Counted from the first letter of the stretch, positions 20,054 through 29,805 are shown. The stretch: DNA of 42,175 nt from a candidate division WOR-3 bacterium (GCA_039802145.1 JBDRWA010000003.1:1-42175), one strand, 5' to 3'. Made by a program: numbers and translations. Notes: generated from the sequence alone by a model not told the origin.

Positions 20054-20578
20054 CTATATCTCTTCTATGAAGATTTCGGTATTAGTGTAGATGCAAATTT
20101 TTGCCGCAATGTTTATTGATTCTTCAACTATCTCTCGTGCCGATAGGTTAGTGTATTTTATAAGTGCCCGTGCCGCAGCCAGGGCGTAAGGAGAACCGGA
20201 GCCGATTGCAACAATGCCATCATCCGGCTCAATCACATCACCTACACCTGAAACAATATATGAATGCTCTTTATCGAGGATTGCCAGAAATGCCTCAAGC
20301 CTTCTTAGAATTTTGTCTTGACGCCAATCCTTGGCAAGTTCAATTACACTCCTAGCTACATTGCCTCTATATTCTTCTAATTTTGCCTCAAATCTTTCAA
20401 ATAATGTTAAAGCATCCGCCGTCGCCCCCGCAAAACCAACAAGAATTTTATCATTATACATCTTACGAATCTTCCTTGCGCGATGTTTCATTATCGTTTC
20501 GCCGGTTGTCACCTGACCGTCACAACCGATTGCAACTTTATTATCGCGGCGTAAACCGAGTATGGTGGTTGAATGCAT
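20054..20578 (-). CDS. hslV: ATP-dependent protease peptidase subunit HslV
   Basis: [44 protein letters not shown]. Confidence 0.96.
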   Translation of the reverse strand: MHSTTILGLRRDNKVAIGCDGQVTTGETIMKHRARKIRKMYNDKILVGFAGATADALTLFERFEAKLEEYRGNVARSVIELAKDWRQDKILRRLEAFLAILDKEHSYIVSGVGDVIEPDDGIVAIGSGSPYALAAARALIKYTNLSAREIVEESINIAAKICIYTNTEIFIEEI

Positions 20579-20583
20579 AGATT

Positions 20584-20611
20584 ATTATAATCACAGAATT
20601 TTCTCTGTCAA
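20584..20611 (-). promoter_or_regulatory. Promoter TTGACA-16-TATAAT, 5 nt upstream of the hslV ATG (leaderless)
   Basis: Perfect consensus hexamers; no SD. Confidence 0.78.
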
Positions 20612-20614
20612 TCA

Positions 20615-20642
20615 TTGATTTTATTCAAATTTTGAGTATAAT
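20615..20642 (+). promoter_or_regulatory. Promoter TTGATT-16-TATAAT of serA-DUF1015, back-to-back with the hslV promoter
   Basis: Read directly; AAGGAGG follows. Confidence 0.72.
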
Positions 20643-20660
20643 TACTAAAAGGAGGTCAAA

Positions 20661-21557
20661 TTGAAAGTTTTAATCTCAGACCCGATTGCAAAAGAAGGAA
20701 TTGAGATTTTAAAGAAGAGCGGTTTTGAGGTTATTGAAAAGACCGGGATGCCACCTGAAGAATTAATAAAAATTATTCCGGATTTTGATGCCATAATTGT
20801 CCGGAGTGCAACAAAGGTAACGAAAGATGTTATCGCCGCCGGTAAGAAATTAAAAGTCATTGGGCGGGCTGGTGTTGGGCTTGATAATGTTGATGCTGAG
20901 GCAGCAAAGGCAAAGGGAATTAAAGTCGTGAATACACCCGCCGCAACTTCTATATCCGTTGCTGAGCTTGCCCTAGGAATGATGCTCTCAGCGGCAAGAA
21001 TGATTCCACAGGCGACTGCATCTACAAAGGCAGGCAAATGGGAGAAGAAAAAATTCCATGGAACTGAGCTCTATGGTAAAACACTGGGTATTATAGGAAT
21101 TGGCAGGATTGGTTCTGAATTAGCAAAGAGGGCGAAGGCACTGGGAATGGAAGTTATTGCCTATGACCCTTATGTGCAGTCTTCCGATTTTGCAAAAATT
21201 GTTGATTTTGATACACTATTAAAAACTTCGGATTTTATTTCCCTCCATATTCCCAAGACAAAGGAAACGACTCATTTATTGAATAAATCTGCATTTGATA
21301 AAATGAAGAACGGTGTGATTATTGTGAACTGTGCAAGGGGCGGTGTTGTGGATGAGGAGGCACTTTATGATGCACTCGTATCAGGAAAAGTGAAAGTTGC
21401 CTGTCTTGATGTCTTTGAGGTAGAGCCTGCAAAAGAACATAAATTATTCGGCTTGGAACAGGTTATCCTAACACCCCATATTGGTGCCCAGACCGATGAA
21501 GGACAGCAAAGGGCAGGGGTTCAGATTGCGGAACTGGTGAGAGACGCACTGAGATAA
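20661..21557 (+). CDS. serA: D-3-phosphoglycerate dehydrogenase / D-2-hydroxyacid dehydrogenase, short form without ACT domain
   Basis: IVRSATKVT, GRAGVGLDNVD, GIIGIGRIG, NCARGG, LDVFEVEP, TPHIGAQT. Confidence 0.85.
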   Translation: MKVLISDPIAKEGIEILKKSGFEVIEKTGMPPEELIKIIPDFDAIIVRSATKVTKDVIAAGKKLKVIGRAGVGLDNVDAEAAKAKGIKVVNTPAATSISVAELALGMMLSAARMIPQATASTKAGKWEKKKFHGTELYGKTLGIIGIGRIGSELAKRAKALGMEVIAYDPYVQSSDFAKIVDFDTLLKTSDFISLHIPKTKETTHLLNKSAFDKMKNGVIIVNCARGGVVDEEALYDALVSGKVKVACLDVFEVEPAKEHKLFGLEQVILTPHIGAQTDEGQQRAGVQIAELVRDALR

Positions 21558-21642
21558 ATACCTAAAAGCTTAAACTTTAGAGGTTAATAATGTTCTAAAT
21601 CCGCTTTGTTTCGGATAAAGATACAATAATAGAGGAGGCTAA

Positions 21643-22914
21643 ATGCCAGAGATAAGAGCTTTTAAAGGGATAAGATATAATCCAGCAAAAATTAAGAATC
21701 TTGCTGATGTGATAACCCAGCCCTACGACCAGATAACAGATGAAATGGAAAAAGAATACAAAATAAGGAGCCCTTATAGTTTTGTTAATCTCGTCCTTAC
21801 TCATTATGCTGATGGGCATGATCGTAATAAAGAGTATGAGAATGCAAAGAATTGTGTTGAAACCTGGTTGAAAGATAATATATTTGTGCAAGATAAAGAA
21901 GATTCGATTTATCCTTATTTTCAAGAATTCAGTCTTGAAGGAAAAACCTATATAAGAAAGGGTTTTATATGCAGATTGAGAATTGAAGAATTAGGAAAAG
22001 GTAATATCTTGCCCCATGAAAAGACCCTTTCTAAGCCCAAAGAAGACCGTTTGAATCTTACAAGAATTACGAAAAAAGATTTTGAACCAGTATTTTTATT
22101 GTACACCGACCCGGAGAATGTAGTGATGGACATGATCGAGAAGGAATGTAAGGACAGACCACTCGTCGATGTGAAGGACGACCGGGGAGTGACACATAAA
22201 TTATGGAAGATTTCAGATAAAGATACAATCAAGAAAGTTGCCGCCACATTAAAGGGAGCAATATTTGTCATTGCTGATGGTCATCATCGCTATGAAACCG
22301 CATTCAATTACCTCAATGAGCTGGGAGAGATTGGAATGGAACATCCTGCGAATTTCAAAATGGTGACGCTTGTAAATATCCAAGATCCAGGGCTTGTAAT
22401 CCTCCCCACCCATCGTTTGATAATGAATTTAAAGGATTTTAAAACCAATGCTTTTACAAAAAGGGCAGAAGATTTTTTTGATGTTAAAAAAACAGATAGA
22501 AAGAATCTTAAATCAGCACTTGAAAAAGAAAGGATGTATGCATTTGGATTTTACACAAAAAGGGATAGTTATATCCTTAAACTGAAGGATTTAAAGGTGA
22601 TGGAGAAATTTCTTCCTGACCGGAGCCAAGAATACCAGAGTCTTGATGTAGCAATACTCCATACAATTTTGATTGAAAATATCCTTGGTATAAAGCCTGA
22701 AAAGATTGAAGATCATGTTAGATACCAAAGGGGGATTGAAGAGACTTTGAAAAGAGTTGATTCTGGCGAATTCCAGTTTGCATTCTTGATGAATCCAACA
22801 AGGCCAGAACAGGTACGTGATGTTGCATCAAAGAAAGAAAGGATGCCGCAGAAGTCAACCGATTTCTATCCTAAACTAATTTCGGGATTGGTATTTTACG
22901 ATATAAAGGAGTAG
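21643..22914 (+). CDS. DUF1015 family protein (ParB/Srx-like DGHHR motif)
   Basis: IRAFKGIRY, QPYD, ILPHEKT, IADGHHRYETA, ILPTHR, MPQKSTDFYPKL. Confidence 0.92.
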   Translation: MPEIRAFKGIRYNPAKIKNLADVITQPYDQITDEMEKEYKIRSPYSFVNLVLTHYADGHDRNKEYENAKNCVETWLKDNIFVQDKEDSIYPYFQEFSLEGKTYIRKGFICRLRIEELGKGNILPHEKTLSKPKEDRLNLTRITKKDFEPVFLLYTDPENVVMDMIEKECKDRPLVDVKDDRGVTHKLWKISDKDTIKKVAATLKGAIFVIADGHHRYETAFNYLNELGEIGMEHPANFKMVTLVNIQDPGLVILPTHRLIMNLKDFKTNAFTKRAEDFFDVKKTDRKNLKSALEKERMYAFGFYTKRDSYILKLKDLKVMEKFLPDRSQEYQSLDVAILHTILIENILGIKPEKIEDHVRYQRGIEETLKRVDSGEFQFAFLMNPTRPEQVRDVASKKERMPQKSTDFYPKLISGLVFYDIKE

Positions 22915-23508
22915 CTAAAGATATAATTTATTCTTTTCTATATATTCTATAACCCTGGGGACTGTTAGATATTCAATACGCAGTCCCTTTTTTATTCTTT
23001 CCCTTATTAGTGTTGAAGATACATCTATCAATGGAGCACTGCTGAGTAAAATTTTATCGTAAAATGGCCTGATTTTTTTTATCTCAAAATTAGGACGTGG
23101 TAATACAATCACTTTTGTTTCATTAAAGATTATCTCAGGATTTTTCCAGTGCTTTATCTCATTCCACTGGTCCGCACCGATTATCAAATAAAGATTTGCT
23201 TTCTGATATATTTTATTAGATTTCCTCAGCGCTTTTATTACCTTAAATGTATAACTCCTACCTTTGATTTTCTTTTCAATATCGCTGATAAAAAATCTTT
23301 TATTACCCTTGATTGCAATTTCTATCATTTTATAGCGGTGTCTATAAGAAGAATACTTTCTTTTATGGGGTGGATTAAATGCAGGAATGAAAACTATTCT
23401 ATCAAGATTGAATTCCTCAAGGACCCACTCGCTTATTATCAGATGCCCAATATGGGGTGGATCAAAAAGACCACCCAAGATGCCCGCTGATATATTATGG
23501 CTTTTCAA
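22915..23508 (-). CDS. nadD: Nicotinate-nucleotide adenylyltransferase
   Basis: GGLFDPPHIGH, PPHK, SYT, IIGAD, WKN, VSSTLIR. Confidence 0.95.
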   Translation of the reverse strand: MKSHNISAGILGGLFDPPHIGHLIISEWVLEEFNLDRIVFIPAFNPPHKRKYSSYRHRYKMIEIAIKGNKRFFISDIEKKIKGRSYTFKVIKALRKSNKIYQKANLYLIIGADQWNEIKHWKNPEIIFNETKVIVLPRPNFEIKKIRPFYDKILLSSAPLIDVSSTLIRERIKKGLRIEYLTVPRVIEYIEKNKLYL

Positions 23509-24256
23509 TTTTCAATCTTTTTATTCTTTTTTCTGCTGCTCTTTTCCAATTTTCATTTTCAAGTAGCTCTTTATATTTCTCATATGCCTCTTGTATTTTA
23601 TTAACTTTTTCATAGGTAAAGGCAAGCAAAAATTTTGATTCATCTGCAGACGGCGTTTCAGGATAATTTTCAATGACATATTTAAAATACAGGATTGCCG
23701 ATTCATATTCCTTCATCTTGAGATATAATCTGCCATTTTCTAATTCCTTCTTTGCCAGACGATTCCTTGCCTGAAGTATTAATAATCTTACAGAATCACC
23801 ATAACTTGAATTCGGAAAACGGGTTATGAAATCATCAAATAAGGATATTGCCTCTTTAGTCTCGGTCTGGTCTTTTTCATAGCCTGGTGCTTTTAAAAAG
23901 TATGCCTTCGCCCTTAATAGATAACCTTGTTCAAGAAATGGACTGTTGGGGAAGTTTTTTATCAAGTAATCAAATTCAGTGATTGCCTGATTATAATCCC
24001 TTTTTTCAAAATATGATTTTGCGAGATAGAACTGGGCATCATCAACAAACTCGGTTGAGGCATGATAGAATATTATTTTTTCAAAGGATTTGATTGCCGA
24101 ATCGTATTTTTTGTTATTATAGAATTCCATTGCCCGCTCAAACTCATCTTCAGGCTCAAGTGGCGCCAGCATCTGTTTGCTACAAAAAACAACAAAGCAT
24201 AATATCAATAATCTTAATTTCGGATTTCGGATTTCGGATTTCGGATTTTTATTCAT
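23495..24256 (-). CDS. bamD: Outer membrane protein assembly factor BamD
   Basis: TPR repeats, DQTETKEAISLFDDFITRFPNS, RNRLAKKELENGRLYLK..Y.SA..YF. Confidence 0.88.
   Translation of the reverse strand: MNKNPKSEIRNPKLRLLILCFVVFCSKQMLAPLEPEDEFERAMEFYNNKKYDSAIKSFEKIIFYHASTEFVDDAQFYLAKSYFEKRDYNQAITEFDYLIKNFPNSPFLEQGYLLRAKAYFLKAPGYEKDQTETKEAISLFDDFITRFPNSSYGDSVRLLILQARNRLAKKELENGRLYLKMKEYESAILYFKYVIENYPETPSADESKFLLAFTYEKVNKIQEAYEKYKELLENENWKRAAEKRIKRLKIEKP
24217..24248. repeat. Perfect heptamer tandem repeat (ATTTCGG)x4 in the bamD 5' end
   Basis: Read directly; encodes NPKSEIRNPK on the minus strand. Confidence 0.9.
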
Positions 24257-25125
24257 TATTTCTCCTTTATCTCTTTTATCCTTTCGCGGGATTTTTGAAC
24301 AAGTTCACCTTTTTGATACGGGTTGAGGCGAAGCACCTTCTTGTAATAATCCATTGCCTGGTCATACTTTTCACTGGCATAAAATATTTCACCAAGATAA
24401 AAGCAGGCATCGTCAAGCAGCGATTTTGGTTCTTGATTCGTCTCAACTTCCTTAAAAAATACAGTCGCGCTGTCATACTGCCCTTTATCATAATATTTTT
24501 TTCCTAAAAGAAAATTAATTTCACCGAGCAATAATAAATTTTCTGAAGTCTTTATCCTTTTGTACTCTCTTTGGGCTATCATCCGCGCAGTCAAAAGGTT
24601 GTCACATTCAATCAGGGATTTCAAAAAATTTTTTACTGATTTCCTTGCCATCTCAGAAGTAGAATCAATCTCATAGGCTTTAATATAACCAGCAAGGGCA
24701 CCAGAATAATTGCCCTGTTGGAAATGCAAATCGGCAACTAAAAATAGATTATCTGCCTGTTTGTAATCCGGAATTAAGTCAGGAATTGTTTTATAAAACT
24801 GCAGCGCCTTTTGTAAATCAGATATTTTTAAAGCTTTCTTGGCTGAGGTAGTATAGACATATATAATACTATCTTTGAATAGTGTATCCAACTGAAGGGA
24901 ATTTCTAAAATGGTCTTTTGCCTGATCGTACTCGTTTTTCCCGAAGTAGCAGATACCTAAAAGATATTGGATCTCTGCGTCTTTATCTTCCCGATATTTT
25001 AATATTTCAATGAGTGCCCGGTCATAATTCCACTGATTTATAAACTTTCTGGCATTTTTGATATGGGTATTTTTTTGAGAACAGACTAATAAAAAAATTA
25101 TTGCTAATAAAAATTTGAACTTCAC
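24256..25125 (-). CDS. Tetratricopeptide-repeat protein, probable lipoprotein
   Basis: Multiple TPRs (YLLGICYF, FYLGEIFY..YKKVLRLNP); signal peptide ending LLVC. Confidence 0.85.
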   Translation of the reverse strand: MKFKFLLAIIFLLVCSQKNTHIKNARKFINQWNYDRALIEILKYREDKDAEIQYLLGICYFGKNEYDQAKDHFRNSLQLDTLFKDSIIYVYTTSAKKALKISDLQKALQFYKTIPDLIPDYKQADNLFLVADLHFQQGNYSGALAGYIKAYEIDSTSEMARKSVKNFLKSLIECDNLLTARMIAQREYKRIKTSENLLLLGEINFLLGKKYYDKGQYDSATVFFKEVETNQEPKSLLDDACFYLGEIFYASEKYDQAMDYYKKVLRLNPYQKGELVQKSRERIKEIKEK

Positions 25126-25934
25126 AGTTTGGCGACCACACCCTCCACAATTTTTATCAATTTGGGCTCGGCCCTTTTTGCCGCCAGGAGTATCTTTACA
25201 ATGCTTGCAGGCTGGAGCGCGTCTGGAATTCCCATATCAGTAATCACTGAAAGCCCGAGCACCTTTATTCCCAAGTACCTTGCCATAATCACCTCAGGGA
25301 CAGTGGACATTCCTACCGCATCAGCCCCAATCGTTCTAAGAAAACGGTACTCAGCACGCGTCTCAAGATTCGGGCCCGGAACAGCAACATAAACTCCCTT
25401 TTTTATGAAAATACCTAATCTCTGTGCAACAGTCTCGGTGAGCCTGACAAGTCTTGGGTCATAACAATTGAACATATCAGGAAATCTCGGTCCCATCTTC
25501 AATTCATCATAACCCCGTAAGGGATTATCAAAAATAAGATTGATATGGTCGGTAATGATCATTATATCACTTGCTGAGAATTCAGGGTTAAGACCCCCGG
25601 CAGCATTTGAAATTATAAGGTATTTTACACCCATTTTCTTCATTATAATTAGTGGATATACAATTTCCTTAGCACTGTACCCTTCATAATAATGGAATCT
25701 GCCCTGCATCACCATTACCGCACGATTACCAAGATGCCCAAAGAGCAATCTTCCTTTATGGAATTCAACTGTCGAAACTGGAAAATGGGGGATTTCAGTA
25801 TAATCAAATGAAGTTTTAATCTTAATACATTTTACCAATCTACCAAGTCCAGTTCCAAGTATGATTCCGATTTCAGGCTTTAGATCGGTTCTCTCACATA
25901 GATAATCCAGGGTTTTTTTTATTTTCGTCTTCAT
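25122..25934 (-). CDS. Purine-nucleoside phosphorylase (trimeric, PunA/XapA family)
   Basis: IILGTGLG, QGRFHYYEG, SNAAGGLN, GPNLETRAE, AVGMSTVPE. Confidence 0.95.
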   Translation of the reverse strand: MKTKIKKTLDYLCERTDLKPEIGIILGTGLGRLVKCIKIKTSFDYTEIPHFPVSTVEFHKGRLLFGHLGNRAVMVMQGRFHYYEGYSAKEIVYPLIIMKKMGVKYLIISNAAGGLNPEFSASDIMIITDHINLIFDNPLRGYDELKMGPRFPDMFNCYDPRLVRLTETVAQRLGIFIKKGVYVAVPGPNLETRAEYRFLRTIGADAVGMSTVPEVIMARYLGIKVLGLSVITDMGIPDALQPASIVKILLAAKRAEPKLIKIVEGVVAKL

Positions 25935-26380
25935 TTCTTCTCTAATCTTTCAAGCAAACGAAGATAGGATTCAAGAAGCCCACGAAATTCAGAGACGAGC
26001 AGCAATTTCTGGTGCTCCACCATTTTTGTCTCTTCTTTTATCCGCGCCAGTTCAGCCTGCGCTTCTCGTAAAAATCGCTGTGCTTCAACGCGGGCATTAG
26101 CAATGATTGTTTCTGCCTCTTTTTTTGCTCCTTCTCTAAGTTCTTCAGTCGCCTTCTGCGTTGTAGTCAATGTATCCTGCAATATCTTCTCCATTCTCCG
26201 GTAGTCTTCAATCTTTGCATCAAGGTCTTTAACCTTCTCAGCAAGAGCGGCATTCTCTCTTAACAGACCTTCAAGTTCGTTTGAGATCATCTCCAGAAAT
26301 GAACGAACTTCATGTGGGTCATATCCACGCAGGGCTTTTCTAAATTCCTGTTTCCGAATTTCCAAAGGAGTTATCGCCAT
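25931..26380 (-). CDS. divIVA: DivIVA domain protein
   Basis: ITPLEIRKQEFRKALRGYDPHEV..FLE followed by coiled coil; AGGAGG RBS. Confidence 0.9.
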   Translation of the reverse strand: MAITPLEIRKQEFRKALRGYDPHEVRSFLEMISNELEGLLRENAALAEKVKDLDAKIEDYRRMEKILQDTLTTTQKATEELREGAKKEAETIIANARVEAQRFLREAQAELARIKEETKMVEHQKLLLVSEFRGLLESYLRLLERLEKK

Positions 26381-26391
26381 CATACCTCCTT

Positions 26392-27396
26392 TTACATAAA
26401 GACCATAATCTGGTTACCGCCTCTCTCTTTTGCTTTATAAAGGGCAATATCAGCCTTCTTTATCAATTCATATGTTCCACCAGCATCATCCGGGAAGGAT
26501 GCAACGCCGATTGAGACACCGAGTTCCTTTATTTTAGGATTACCTTTGAAGAAATCGTAACGCTGGATTGCATACAGAATGCGATTCGCAGTCTTATACG
26601 CTGACTCCTTTTTTGTCTCTGGTAAAAGGATTATAAATTCATCTCCACCATAACGGGCAATTACATCAACACTACGCAGATTTCTTTCAAGAAGCTGGGC
26701 AAGTTCTAATAATACCTGATCACCAACTTGATGGCCAAATTCATCATTAACCTTCTTAAATTTATCTATATCAATAAAGAGAATAGATAAACAGTGTTCA
26801 TAACGTGATGCCCTCTGTAATTCCTTACTCAACTGGTTTTCAAAATATCTGCGATTAAATATCCCGGTCAGGGGATCAAGCCAGATGCGATGTTTTACAC
26901 GAGAATAGAAGCAGTTTGGTTTCAATAGATGTTCTACAAATACATAAGGATGGTCTTTCAAAATTTCAAGCACCTCCTCAGAGCTAATTTTTTCAATCCG
27001 ATACTGACATAACACAAAAAGTTTCAAATCAGGCTGGGTATTGAAATCATCAAGCATTTCTTCAAAGGTTAAAAATTCTTTACTGCTTTCCACAAATACC
27101 CGCATTCCCTGGTAATTCTTGGTTAATTTATCATATTCGTTCTTCAGCCAAGGGAGAAAAAAAGAAGGCTGCATTATCTCTTCAACAATCATTATTTGAT
27201 TTTTGAACTCATTTTTCAATTCTTTTATACAAGATTCTTTTCCTATGTATATGCACCGCTCCTTGCGCTCAATTCCTTCTTTTATTAAAGGCTTTATATT
27301 TTCAAGAAGCTGGTTTTCATCACGATAAAGATAAAGGGCATGAACAGGAAGTTCAAGTTCAATGCCCTCGTATCCAAGTTTTATATAGCGATTCAT
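26392..27396 (-). CDS. Diguanylate cyclase with N-terminal MEDS-like sensor domain
   Basis: HALYLY..EGIERKERCIYI, LCQY, HPYV (MEDS-like); DPLTGIFNRR, DIDKFKKVND.FGH..GD, RSVD I-site, RYGGDEF. Confidence 0.88.
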   Translation of the reverse strand: MNRYIKLGYEGIELELPVHALYLYRDENQLLENIKPLIKEGIERKERCIYIGKESCIKELKNEFKNQIMIVEEIMQPSFFLPWLKNEYDKLTKNYQGMRVFVESSKEFLTFEEMLDDFNTQPDLKLFVLCQYRIEKISSEEVLEILKDHPYVFVEHLLKPNCFYSRVKHRIWLDPLTGIFNRRYFENQLSKELQRASRYEHCLSILFIDIDKFKKVNDEFGHQVGDQVLLELAQLLERNLRSVDVIARYGGDEFIILLPETKKESAYKTANRILYAIQRYDFFKGNPKIKELGVSIGVASFPDDAGGTYELIKKADIALYKAKERGGNQIMVFM

Positions 27397-27424
27397 TTTC
27401 CTGCCCTCCTTAATGGAGTTTGAG

Positions 27425-28525
27425 TCATCTCCGTTTATTTTTGATTTTAATTCTTTTTGTCATTACCATTTCAAGAATATCAAGGGCCCGCGATAATTTC
27501 CTTATATTATAATTCCCCATATGGCCTATGCGCAATATCTTTCCCTTCATTTCTCCCTGACCATTGGCAAAAAGAATTCCATATTTTTCTTTGCATTCTT
27601 TTATTATTTCAGTGCTATCCATTCCTTCAGGCATCTTTACGACTGTTAATCCATTGGATGGGCTCTCGGAAAATAACTCATAACCCATTTTTTTAATCCT
27701 CTCTCGAACATAATCAGCCATTTTTTTATGGCGCAAAAAATTTTCTTCTATTCCTATCTTTGTGATTTTTTCTAATCCTTTTTTCAATCCATATAAGATT
27801 GTGATCGCCGGTGTCCAAGGAGTCTGTCCTTTTTCCAAGAACTTCTCATACAGGCTGAAATTAAAATAGTACCGTGGTGTGTCTGAATTTTTAATCTTTT
27901 CAAAGGCACGCGGTGATAATCCAACAAATGCAATCCCTGGAGGCGCCATCAGAGCTTTCTGTGAGGCAGCAGCAATAACATCAACACCCCATTTATCTTG
28001 ATAAAAAGGGTCAGCACCAATACCCGCGACTCCATCAACGATAAGATAACCTTGGTATTTCTTTACCACTTCATTTATTGCTTTTATATCATTTACTACG
28101 CCCGTAGAAGTCTCGGTTAGGGTTGTAAAAACAAGGGGCGGCTTTTTTGTTTGTTTCAGACCCTGCTCAATCATTTCTGGCGTGACAGGTTTTCCAAATT
28201 CCTGCCGGATAACAATCGGTTCTTTTCCATAATTTTTGCATAATTCCGTCCATCTTTCACCGAACTTACCACAAACTGCCACAATAACATCATCAGATTT
28301 GGAAACCATATTTACATACGCTGCTTCCATCGCTCCCGTACCCGAGGAAGTCAAGAGATAAATTCTGTGGTGACAGTTGAGCACTTCCTTAAGCATATCA
28401 GCAATATTGTTAAGCAAAACCCTGAATTTGTCTTCTCTGTGATAAATGCATTTGTGAGCAGTTGCCTGAAGTATATCTTCAGGTATATCAATTGGTCCTG
28501 GGGTAAAAAGCCTGTATGCCCTCAA
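27425..28525 (-). CDS. Class V PLP aminotransferase (serine-pyruvate/alanine-glyoxylate or archaeal-type phosphoserine aminotransferase)
   Basis: LFTPGP, SSGTGAMEA, ETSTGV, VDGV, ASQKALMAPPG, RIGHMG; start reassigned to TTG 28525 after AGGAGG. Confidence 0.9.
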   Translation of the reverse strand: MRAYRLFTPGPIDIPEDILQATAHKCIYHREDKFRVLLNNIADMLKEVLNCHHRIYLLTSSGTGAMEAAYVNMVSKSDDVIVAVCGKFGERWTELCKNYGKEPIVIRQEFGKPVTPEMIEQGLKQTKKPPLVFTTLTETSTGVVNDIKAINEVVKKYQGYLIVDGVAGIGADPFYQDKWGVDVIAAASQKALMAPPGIAFVGLSPRAFEKIKNSDTPRYYFNFSLYEKFLEKGQTPWTPAITILYGLKKGLEKITKIGIEENFLRHKKMADYVRERIKKMGYELFSESPSNGLTVVKMPEGMDSTEIIKECKEKYGILFANGQGEMKGKILRIGHMGNYNIRKLSRALDILEMVMTKRIKIKNKRR

Positions 28526-29003
28526 TCTTCCTCCTGCATTCTTCACACAAATCAACTCCTTTTCTATCTGTATCAACTATTGTATTTGAAAAATACATAA
28601 CACAGGTTGGGGTTTGACAATGGTGTAAACCAACGATGTGTCCGATTTCATGAACGACTTCCTTTGCCAATCTTTCTTTCAATAAACCATTTTTTGAAAG
28701 ACGATAAATAGAGACAATTGCTACATTTCTATGAATATCTGCAAGTCCGAATATGAAATTAAACCTTGGGGCATAGATATCCACATCAACTATGATTAAA
28801 TGTTTGTCACATCTTTTATCATAACAATCTGTAAGTGATTCAATGATTCTTGATGCCTCATACTGGTTCCTCAAAGGATTGAATGTCTCCGATGCAATAT
28901 GGAAATCTTTGGAACGAATGACGGAAAGGTTAAACTGTTTTTTCAGAATGCCACTTATCAAATCAGAAAACTCCAGCCCTTCCTGTTGATACAGACAGAC
29001 CAT
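28488..29003 (-). CDS. Archaemetzincin (M54) zinc metalloprotease
   Basis: RNQY, NFIFGLA, KEVVHEIGHIVGLHHCQTPTCVMYFS, DRK..LCEEC. Confidence 0.92.
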   Translation of the reverse strand: MVCLYQQEGLEFSDLISGILKKQFNLSVIRSKDFHIASETFNPLRNQYEASRIIESLTDCYDKRCDKHLIIVDVDIYAPRFNFIFGLADIHRNVAIVSIYRLSKNGLLKERLAKEVVHEIGHIVGLHHCQTPTCVMYFSNTIVDTDRKGVDLCEECRRKIEGIQAFYPRTN

Positions 29004-29755
29004 TATTCTTTTTCACCCATTTTTTTGATAAATGGAGTAAAAAGGTCTATTGGTATGGGAAAGATCGTAGTAGAATTCTTTTCAGTCGCAACTTCGGTCA
29101 GTGTCTGTAAGAATCTCAATTGAATACCGGTGGGTGTCTGCCCAATAATCTGTGCTGCTTTGTTTAACTTTTCTGCTGCCTGTAGTTCTCCTTCGGCATG
29201 GATGATTTTCGCGCGCCGCTCCCTTTCTGCCTCTGCCTGGCGCGCAATTGCCCTCTGCATCTCTTGTGGTATATCAACATGTTTGATTTCAACAGTTGAA
29301 ACCTTGATTCCCCAAGGGTCAGTATGTTCATCAATTATCTTCTGGAGTCTCATATTTATTTTCTCTCTTTGCGTTAATAAATCATCAAGTTCATATTCAC
29401 CAAGCACACTCCTCAATGTAGTCTGGGCAATCTGGCTTGTTGCATATAGATAATCTTCCACTTCAATAACCGCTTTTGCTGCATCAAAGACCCTAAAATA
29501 AGCGACGGCATTAACCTTTACCGATATGTTATCCTTTGTTATCACATCCTGCGGCGCAACATCCATCGTTACAACCCTTAAAGAGACTTTCACCATTTTG
29601 TCAATTCCAGGCCAGAGAATGAAAATCCCTGGTCCTTTAACACCGATAAATCGTCCCAACCTGAATACTACCGCCCGTTCGTATTCCCTTAAGACTTTAA
29701 TTGCACTCAAGACGATCAAAATCAGGACAATAATTATTATAGTCGTTAATCCCAT
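29003..29755 (-). CDS. SPFH/band 7 stomatin-like (slipin) protein
   Basis: [55 protein letters not shown]. Confidence 0.95.
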   Translation of the reverse strand: MGLTTIIIIVLILIVLSAIKVLREYERAVVFRLGRFIGVKGPGIFILWPGIDKMVKVSLRVVTMDVAPQDVITKDNISVKVNAVAYFRVFDAAKAVIEVEDYLYATSQIAQTTLRSVLGEYELDDLLTQREKINMRLQKIIDEHTDPWGIKVSTVEIKHVDIPQEMQRAIARQAEAERERRAKIIHAEGELQAAEKLNKAAQIIGQTPTGIQLRFLQTLTEVATEKNSTTIFPIPIDLFTPFIKKMGEKE

Positions 29756-29777
29756 TTATCCTCCCTTAAAATATAAT

Positions 29778-29805
29778 ATTATAGTCTTTTTTTCTATCAA
29801 GTCAA
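29778..29805 (-). promoter_or_regulatory. Promoter TTGACT-16-TATAAT of the stomatin...nadD operon
   Basis: Read directly; GGGAGG RBS follows. Confidence 0.72.

Noticed and set aside
21558-21642. Small hairpins between serA and DUF1015
   Set aside because: Stems are short and imperfect with no U-tract; not distinguishable from chance.
24217-24248. Tandem repeats as a CRISPR array
   Set aside because: 7-bp units with no spacers and no cas genes.
28526-28576. Long overlap of the aminotransferase with archaemetzincin from the track start 28576
   Set aside because: An AGGAGG-led TTG at 28525 matches the family N-terminus (LFTPGP), reducing the overlap to 38 bp.
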